Translations under genes and position numbers: made by a program
The notes under the pieces: generated by a model
Told to the model about the DNA's origin: nothing
Seen by the model: the letters and a program-made list of their open reading frames with translations, nothing else
Databases searched by the model: none
Source of the DNA: an uncultured Planctomycetota bacterium
Lineage (GTDB): Bacteria > Planctomycetota > Planctomycetia > Gemmatales > Gemmataceae
NCBI GenBank assembly: GCA_963849325.1
Contig: CAWKHF010000012.1
Span: 160,001 to 224,000, forward strand
Direction: 5' to 3'
Length of the DNA: 64,000 nucleotides
Shown: positions 50,889 through 64,000 of the stretch, piece by piece
Layout: each line of letters starts with the position of its first letter
How positions within the stretch are numbered: the stretch's first letter is position 1

Positions 50889-52928
50889 TCATTCCGCCGT
50901 GTTCACCCACGAGCGCAGCGTCTCGGCGACGCTCCACGCCTGGGCGATGCAGCCGCGCGGCCGAAACGGCTCCTCGGCGTCGGCGATCTCGCTGATCGAG
51001 CCGACGCACGCCTCGCCCAGGTGGTCGGCCAATCCCTCCAGGAAACGCCGGCCGCCGGCCTGGTCGTTGGGGTGCACTTTCAGCCAAGCATCGACGAAAG
51101 GTCCGATCAGCCACGGCCACACCGTTCCCTGGTGATAGGCCGCGTCGCGCGAACGCAGGTCGCCGTGATAGGTCGGCTTGTACTCCGGCTCGCCCGGGGC
51201 CAGCGAGCGCAGTCCCAGCGGCGTCAGCAAACGCTGCCGAACCACGCCGAGGACAGATGGCCAGCGTTCCTTGTCCAGCACCGGATGCGACAGCGAGACG
51301 GCGAAAATCTGATTGGGGCGGCAGGAGGGGTCGTCGCCCTTGTCGCCGTCCACCACGTCGTACAGGAAGCCGCCCTTGGCGTACCAGAAACGCTGGTTGA
51401 ACGAGCGTCGGGCGCGGTCGGCGTGTTCGCCGGCCGCTCGTGCCTTGGACTCGTCGCCCGCGTCGCGCTCCCAGCGTTCCAGCCAGCGCAGGGCGTTGTA
51501 CCACAGGGCGTTGATCTCGACCGCCTTGCCGCGCCGCGGCGTCACCACCCAATCGCCGCACTTGGCGTCCATCCACGTCAGTTGATAGCCCTCCTCGCCC
51601 TGCCGCAGCAGGCCGTCGGACGCATAAACGCCGATGCCGAAGTGCGTGCCGCGCAAGTGGTGGGCCACGATGTCGCGCACAATCGGCAGCATAAATTCCA
51701 GCGTTTCGCGGTCGTTGGTGATCTCGACGTAACGGCCGATGGCCTGGACGAACCAGAGGGTGGCGTCGGCGGTGTGATAGAGACCTTCCTTGCTGCCCTC
51801 GGGGAAGAGGTTGGGGATGAGACCGTCGCGGACGTGGGTGGCGAAGGTGCGCAGGATGGAGCGAGCGTCGTTGGGACGGCCGGTCGTCAGGGTTAACCCC
51901 TCCAGGCTAATCATGGTGTCGCGGCCCCAATCGGTGAACCAGTGGTAGCCGGCGATGACCGTGCGAACCTCGTCGCCAGCAGCGCCGGCCCGCGCCGCCT
52001 CCTCGGTGCGGCCGGCCGGCGTGATGAGGAACTGGTCGGCCGCCAACGTCCACTCGGCGCCCACGCCGGTTCGCGCCGACGGGGCCGTCTGCGCCAGCAG
52101 ACGCCGCCGCCGTTCGTGCTCGGCTCGGCGGGCGACGGCCGGCGTCAGGGCGTCGATCGTCTCCCAGCTCTCCGTCGAGGCCACCAGCGTGACGTCGTGG
52201 TCCGTCGTCAGGTCGATACGGAAGTAGCCGGGACTCCACAGTTCGCCCTGGGCGTCGTAGCCGCGTTCCTCCTCCAAGCGGTACAGCAGCGGCTGGGTGC
52301 GCTGGCCCTCCACCGTGAACGCTGGACGCCGGCCATGCACCTTGAAGCGCAACGGCGGCAGGCTGGTGCCGTCCGAGACTTCGTGGCGGTCGAGGATGGC
52401 CGTCAGCGCGTAGGGGCGCTCGAAGGTCGTGCTCACCTTCTCTTCGTGCGGCCGAAAATGGATGGCCAGGCGCAGCTTCAGCCGCACCGGACCCTCGCCG
52501 CCGGCCAGGCGGTAGTTGACGTGGACCGTGTTCTGCTCGTGCAAGAGCAAGACACGCTTTTCCAGCGCCCAGTCGTCGATGTCCCAGCGCCATACCGGCA
52601 GCCCTTCTTCCAGGTGGAACTCGCGGAAGTAGTCGATGCCGTGCAGGTCGAAATGGCCGCCGGCCGTCTGCTCGCCGCCGAGGCGCACCGTCCGGCCGTT
52701 GGGGAGACGGAGTTGTTCCATCAGGTGGTTGAGCATGACCATGCGGCCGAGCGGGGCAGGCAGGGCGGCCACCAGCAGGCCGTGGTAGCGCCGCGTACAC
52801 ACGCCCGCCACCGTGGACGACGCATAGCCGCCCAGGCCGTTGGTCACCAGCCATTCGTGCTCGACCAGCGGCGCCACGTCCGCGCCGCCGGCCCCCGTCC
52901 AGCGCAGGCGACGAATCAGTTCATTCAT
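50889..52928 (-). CDS. Amylo-alpha-1,6-glucosidase (glycogen debranching enzyme)
   Basis: EWLVTNGLGGYAS, IAGYHWFTDWGRDTMISLEG, TWMDAK, YHQGTVWPW, CIAQAWSVAE. Confidence 0.93.
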   Translation of the reverse strand: MNELIRRLRWTGAGGADVAPLVEHEWLVTNGLGGYASSTVAGVCTRRYHGLLVAALPAPLGRMVMLNHLMEQLRLPNGRTVRLGGEQTAGGHFDLHGIDYFREFHLEEGLPVWRWDIDDWALEKRVLLLHEQNTVHVNYRLAGGEGPVRLKLRLAIHFRPHEEKVSTTFERPYALTAILDRHEVSDGTSLPPLRFKVHGRRPAFTVEGQRTQPLLYRLEEERGYDAQGELWSPGYFRIDLTTDHDVTLVASTESWETIDALTPAVARRAEHERRRRLLAQTAPSARTGVGAEWTLAADQFLITPAGRTEEAARAGAAGDEVRTVIAGYHWFTDWGRDTMISLEGLTLTTGRPNDARSILRTFATHVRDGLIPNLFPEGSKEGLYHTADATLWFVQAIGRYVEITNDRETLEFMLPIVRDIVAHHLRGTHFGIGVYASDGLLRQGEEGYQLTWMDAKCGDWVVTPRRGKAVEINALWYNALRWLERWERDAGDESKARAAGEHADRARRSFNQRFWYAKGGFLYDVVDGDKGDDPSCRPNQIFAVSLSHPVLDKERWPSVLGVVRQRLLTPLGLRSLAPGEPEYKPTYHGDLRSRDAAYHQGTVWPWLIGPFVDAWLKVHPNDQAGGRRFLEGLADHLGEACVGSISEIADAEEPFRPRGCIAQAWSVAETLRSWVNTAE

Positions 52929-54808
52929 CGGATCGCCGTCCTTCCTCCTTGGGCTTCATCACCACGGCCGACTCGCCTGGCAGACGCCAACCGTCCTCTC
53001 CCTCCTCGGCGACGGCCGAATCGCCACCATAGCGCAAGTCTTCACTGCTCCACAGAACCTCCCAGCCCATGCCGTCGTCGGGAGCGAGCAGCGGCTCCGG
53101 CGATGGACCCACCAGCAAGTCTTGCCCCAGGTTCACCAGCAGCAGCCGGTCGTCGCCGGACTCGCCGAAGTAACGCAGCACAAAGGCGTGCGGCCCCAAA
53201 ACGGCCCCATCCACGCCGCCGGGCCGCTGCGCTCGGAACACCGGATCCTCGCGACGAAGCCGAATCAGGTCGCGGTGCAGGGCGTACACCTCAGCGTGCT
53301 TCTGCCGCTCCGAAAAATCGAGTTTACAGCACTCAAAAGTCGCCCTATCCGATGGATCGGGTACGCTCTCCTGGACGGCCAGCGTCGCCTGGCTGGGGAA
53401 CTGGGCGAGGAACTCCTTGCGTCCCTTATGTACCAGACGGGCCAGCTCTGGCTTGTGGTCGGCGAAGAAGAGGAACGGACTGGAGGAGGCAAATTCTTGC
53501 CCCTGGAAGAGCATCGGCGTTCCCGGACTCAACAGCATCAGCGCCGTCAGCGCCCGGTAGCGACCGGGACCGGAGCGCCGGTGCGGCCGCAGGCCGCCCG
53601 TGTTGGACACCTGATCGTGGTTTTCCAGGAAGGTGACGAAGACACACGGCGGAGCGCCGACCGTCGCGCGTTCCGCGCCGCTTCTTCTGCCAGAGATAAT
53701 GCTGGCCCTGATAGAGAAAGCCGTGCTTGGCCGCCGAGATGAATTCCTGCGGCGTGCCTCGGTAGTCCGTGAAGTACGCCTCGGTTCGGCCGGTCAGGGC
53801 GACGTGGGCGGTGTGGTGGAAGTCGTCGTTCCACATGCCGTCGAAGCCGTGGCCGCCTTCCTCCATCGGTAGCACCAGGCGGATGTTCTGCGGCTCGTTC
53901 TCGGTGACAACGATCGTCGCCCGTCCCTTCGCCGCCGCACGCACGGCGCGGTTGATCGCGGTCAGGATGTGTTCGGGAGAGCTATCGTAGATGTTCTGCG
54001 TCGCGTCCAGACGCAGGCCGTCGAAGTGGTATTCGTCGATCCAGTAGGCGGCGTTGCCGGTGACGTACTCGCGCACCGGGCCGGAGTCCGGCCCGTCGTA
54101 GTTGATGGCCGGACCCCAGTCGGTCTTGTAGCGGTCGGTGACGTAGTCGTCGGCGAACTGGCCGAGGTAGTTGCCGTCCGGGCCGAGATGGTTGTACACC
54201 ACGTCGAGAAGGACGGCCATGCCCAGGGAGTGGGCACGGTCGATGAATCGGCAGGCGTCGTCGGGCGTGCCATAGAGGTGCGTTGGCGCGAACAGATTGA
54301 CGCCATCGTAGCCCCAGCCGAAACGGCCGACGAAGTCGGCCAGGGGCATGATTTCCAGGACGGTGACGCCCAGCGCCGCCAACTCGGGCAATTCGCGCTC
54401 CGCCGCCGCCCACGTTCCCTCGGGCGTGAAGGTGCCCAGGTGCATTTCATAAATCACCTGGCCCGGCAGGGACAGACCACGCCAGTCCTGATCGGTCCAG
54501 GCAAAGGCGTGCGGATCGACGACCTGCGACGGCCCGTGCGGACCTTCCGGTTGAAAGCGCGAAGCGGGATCGGGGTAGAGCGACGATTCGCCGTCCAACC
54601 GGAAGCGGTAGCGCGTGCCGGTCGGCGCGGCGGCAAGGGCGGCGAAGTAGCCGTCCCCCTCCGGAGTCAGCATGAAGGCACCCTCGGCGGGCCTTTCCAG
54701 GATCACCTCGACCCGGCGCCGCCGCGGCGCCCAGACGCGAAAATGCGTACGGCCGTCCCGCTGGACTTCCGCACCGATTGGCAGCCGGCGCTTGACCTCG
54801 TTGTTCAT
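52921..54808 (-). CDS. treZ: Malto-oligosyltrehalose trehalohydrolase (frameshifts near 53640-53670)
   Basis: FRVWAP, PDPASRFQPEGPHGPS, WGYDGV, DVVYNH, GLRLDAT, WNDDFHH, MLFQGQEF. Confidence 0.92.
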
Positions 54809-54843
54809 GCCGCTGTTGTACGCAAATGGAGTGCCGCCGAATC

Positions 54844-54902
54844 GTTTCGCCGCGACGCGCGGCGGAGCGCGACTCGCGCTCCGCCGCGCGTCGCGGCGAA
54901 AC
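54844..54902. repeat. REP-like palindrome, family D
   Basis: GTTTCGCCGCGACGCG...CGCGTCGCGGCGAAAC between divergent genes. Confidence 0.85.
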
Positions 54903-55002
54903 AAAAATACGCACGCCCCCCTTGGCATAGATGCTGCCCTTCTCCGTAGAATTGCGAGGGTGTGCCCTCGTTGGTTTCGCCCCGATGCCGGCAGGTGTTA
55001 CC

Positions 55003-58340
<3,338 letters not shown>

Positions 58341-58364
58341 GGCGTATTCCCGATCGGACAAAAC

Positions 58365-58430
58365 TTGTCCGAGCCTGAAGCGTAAGCGAAGGAAAACATT
58401 AACCTTCGCTTACGTTTCAGGCTCGGACAA
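58365..58430. repeat. REP-like palindrome, family B
   Basis: Same arms as the other family B copies. Confidence 0.88.
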
Positions 58431-58472
58431 AAACGGTTTGTCCGCCAGCACGAATTGGCGAGGAGTTTTATC

Positions 58473-60700
<2,228 letters not shown>

Positions 60701-60710
60701 GGACACGGTT

Positions 60711-60809
60711 GCCGCTTGCGGTTTAGCGCTAAGTGTCTGTCCGGTAAGCCCCTCTCCCCCGAGTACAGGGGAGAGGGGCTTACCGGACAGACTCTAAGCC
60801 GCAAGCGGC
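60711..60809. repeat. Family E palindrome interrupted by a MITE
   Basis: GCCGCTTGCGGTTTAGCGC-TAA-[insert]-TAA-GCCGCAAGCGGC. Confidence 0.85.
60733..60794. mobile_element. 62-bp MITE (GTGTCTGTCC...GGACAGACTC) with TAA target duplication
   Basis: Terminal inverted repeats shared with 20889-21033; TAA on both sides. Confidence 0.8.
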
Positions 60810-60829
60810 CCTGGATTTGGCGGACCCTC

Positions 60830-63800
60830 ATGACCCACGCCGAAGTGCTCGCCGCCTTGCTGGCCGACGTCGAGCGCGAAGCGGCCGACCGCCGCTGCGC
60901 CCGGAGGCGACCTATCGTCTGCAATTCCACGCCGGCTTCACCTTCCGCGACGCCGCCCACATCGCGCCCTATCTGCACGAACTGGGCATCAGCCACGTCT
61001 ATGCCTCGCCCTATCTCAAGGCCCGGCCCGGCAGCAAGCACGGCTACGACGTCCTCGATCACCAGCACCTCAACCCCGAGATCGGCAGCGAGGCCGACTA
61101 CTCCGCCTTCCTCGACGCCCTGCGCCGCCACGACCTCGGCCAAATTCTCGATGTGGTGCCCAATCACATGGGCATCGTCGGCAACGAGAACGTCTGGTGG
61201 AACGACGTACTGGAAAACGGGCCGTCCTCGCCCTACGCCAACTATTTCGACATCGCCTGGCAGGCATCGCCGCGGCCGAGCCTGCGCGATCGCGTCCTGC
61301 TGCCGCTGCTCGGCGAGCACTACGGTAAGGCGCTCGAATCGCAGCAAATCCGCCTGCACTACGACAATGGCGCCTTCACCGTCCACTATTTCGAGCACCG
61401 TCTGCCCGTCGCCCCCGATACCTGGAACCGCATTCTCACCCACGACCTCGACCGGCTGGAAGCGACGCTGGGCAAGGATTCGCCGCACTTTCAGGAGTAC
61501 CAGAGCATCCTGACGGCCGTGCGCAACCTGCCGGTTCGCACCGAGCCGAGCGCGGAACGCATTGCCGAGCGCCAGCGCGAGAAGGAGGTCATCAAGCGCC
61601 GCCTGGCCGTCCTGACCGATAGCAACGCCGAGGTCCGCGACCACCTCGCCGCCGTGGTGGCGCGCTTCAACGGCGACTCCGCCGACCCGCACAGCTTCGA
61701 CCTGCTCGACGCCCTGCTCGACGAACAGCCCTATCGTCTGTCGTCCTGGCGCGTCGCCTCCGACGAGATCAATTACCGCCGCTTCTTCGACATCAACGAA
61801 TTGGCCGCCCTGCGCATGGAGCGCCCGGAGGTCTTCGCCGCCACGCACGCCCTGGTCCTACGCCTGCTGCGCGAGCGCAAACTGTCCGGCCTGCGCATCG
61901 ACCATCCCGACGGTCTGTTCGACCCGCGCCAGTACCTGCGCCGCCTCCAGCGCCACTACTTGCTGGAGCTGGCCCGGCAGGCGTACCAGTCGCATCACGA
62001 GTACCAGTCCATCGACTGGACCGACCTGGAGGGGCCGCTGCTGGAACGCATCGACGCCGGCGCCCTGCCCGAGCGCGCGCTGTACGTCGTCGTGGAAAAG
62101 ATCCTCGGCAGCGGCGAGTCGCTGCCGGCCGACTGGCCCGTCCACGGCACGACCGGCTACGACTTCCTCAACCTCGTCGGCGGCCTGTTCGTCGATGCGG
62201 TCGGGTCTCGGCCGTTCACGTCGCTGTATCGTCACTGGGTCGAGGACTACACACCGTTTCCGATGGTGGTGTACCAAAAAAAGCTCCTTATTCTCCAATT
62301 ATCGCTGTCGAGCGAATTGCAGATGCTGGCGCTGGCGCTGGATCGCTTGGCCCAGCATCGTCGCTGGTCGCGCGATTTCACCTTCCACAGTCTGCGCCGC
62401 GTCCTCCGCGAAGTCGTGGCGTGCTTTCCCGTGTATCGCTCCTACGTCGCCGGCGGCACCGTCCACGACGAGGACCGCAAGTACATCGACATCGCCATCC
62501 GCACGGCCCGGCTGCGCAATCCGACGCTCAACCGTTCGCACTTCCTCTTCCTGCGCGACATGCTGCTGCTGCGCCACGACGAGCACGTCGGTGACGAGGA
62601 GATCGCGGAGCCGCAGCGATTCGTCGGCCAGTTCCAGCAGGTGACGGCGCCGGTGATGGCCAAGGGGCTGGAGGACACGGCCTTTTACGTCTACAACCGC
62701 CTGCTCGCGCTCAACGAGGTCGGCGGCGACCCGGCCCGCTTCGGCATCGCCCCCTCGGCCGTGCATCAGGCGCTGGCCGTGCGCCAGCAGCACTTTCCCT
62801 ACGCTCTCTCGACGACCGCGACGCATGACACCAAGCGCGGCGAGGACGTCCGCGCTCGCATCAGCGTGCTGTCCGAGATGCCCGACGACTGGCGCGACCG
62901 CCCTGGAACGCTGGAGTTCCCTGAATGAACCGCACCGCGTTCAGGTGGAGGACGACAAGGCGCCGGATCGCAACGTCGAATATTTCCTGTATCAGACGCT
63001 GCTCGGCGCCTGGCCGGTGGGGCCGTGTACCGAGGCGGAGTACGCCGACTTCGTCGGCCGCATCCAGGCGTACATGGAGAAGGCCACGCACGAGGCCAAG
63101 GTCCACACCAGTTGGATCAACCCCAACGCCGACTACGACGACGCCCTGCGCCAGTTTGTCGGCCGCATCCTCGATCCTGCCGTCAGCGCGGAGTTCCTCG
63201 CCGACTTCGTCGCCTTCCAGGGACGCATCCGCCGTTATGGTTTCTTCAATGGGCTGGCGCAGTGCCTGCTCAAGATCGCGGCGCCGGGAACGCCGGACAC
63301 CTACCAGGGAACGGAGCTATGGGACTTCAACCTGGTCGATCCGGATAATCGCCGGCCGGTCGATTACGACCAGCGCCGCCGACGGCTCAACGAGTTGCTC
63401 GAACGGTCGCGCGAGTTGGGATCTCGCGGCGAGCTGGCTGCCGAACTGGTGGAGACGATGGCCGATGGACGCATCAAGCTGTATGTCACCGCCCTGTCCC
63501 TGCGCTGCCGCCAAGCGCATCCGGGTCTGTTCTCGTCCGGCTCGTATACGCCGGTCGAAGCCGTGGGACCGCGGGCCGAGCACGTCTTCAGCTTCATCCG
63601 CCGAGATGACGAGAGAGCGGCCCTCGTCGCCGTGCCTCGACTGGTGGCGAAACTACAGCCGGACGCCGCCGACTTGCCGCACGGCCCGGCCGTATGGGGC
63701 GAGACGATGCTGCCGGTGCCGGAGGAGTTGGCCGATCGTTCCTGGCATTCGCTTTTCACCGGCGAGGTGCTGACAACGAGGGAGCACCAGGGCGGACACA

Positions 63801-63919
63801 CTCTGTCGGCGGCGCAGGTGTTTGGACGTTTCCCCGTCGCGCTACTGCTCGATCAGTCCCAAGGCCCATTGTCGGAGACCCCAAACCGAGTTTGCGAACC
63901 GGGGAGAGAAGATGGATAA
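60830..63919 (+). CDS. treY: Malto-oligosyltrehalose synthase (frameshifts near 60895 and 62900)
   Basis: ATYRLQFH, HGYDVLD, LDVVPNHM, NYRRFFDIN, GLRIDHPDGL, VVEKIL, ATHDTKRGEDVRAR, PDTYQGTE, LVDPDNRRPVDY. Confidence 0.95.
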
Positions 63920-64000
63920 GACGGACGCGGACATCAAGAATCCGTCAGCGAAACCACGAGACGCTTGCCCACAGCCTCCGCGTATCGCATCAACGTCTCG

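Overview
High-GC chromosomal segment that looks like a Planctomycete, probably Gemmataceae-like (inferred from PSCyt/PSD1, DUF4058, LEDR/LEPR-XLL secreted proteins and TIGR02984-type ECF sigma factors). It carries yhaM and rnr, an RND efflux pair, an ABC exporter, hemW, a group 1/2 sigma-70, rpsA, pepF, modABC, three ECF sigma factors (one paired with a Ser/Thr kinase, one truncated), a membrane glycosylation cluster, a PadR pair and a glycogen/trehalose cluster (GDE, treZ, treS-pep2, glgX, treY). About 20 genes, including the normally essential rpsA, have short indel frameshifts; I read these as long-read assembly errors, not pseudogenes. The most striking unexplained structure is a set of at least six short palindromic repeat families. 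One family sits in-frame inside four unrelated proteins, several repeats supply stop codons, and an IS5-like MITE with a TAA duplication is nested inside another repeat. Other highlights: a GH64 glucanase with an FN3-like module inserted in the catalytic domain, a junction that truncates two convergent genes, a repeated 'secreted LEDR protein <> ECF(-kinase)' layout, a candidate structured RNA, and a PadR-linked permease-prefix/CcsA-like fusion. I saw no rRNA, tRNA, CRISPR array or transposase. All family calls come from motif recognition by eye; no database search was run.
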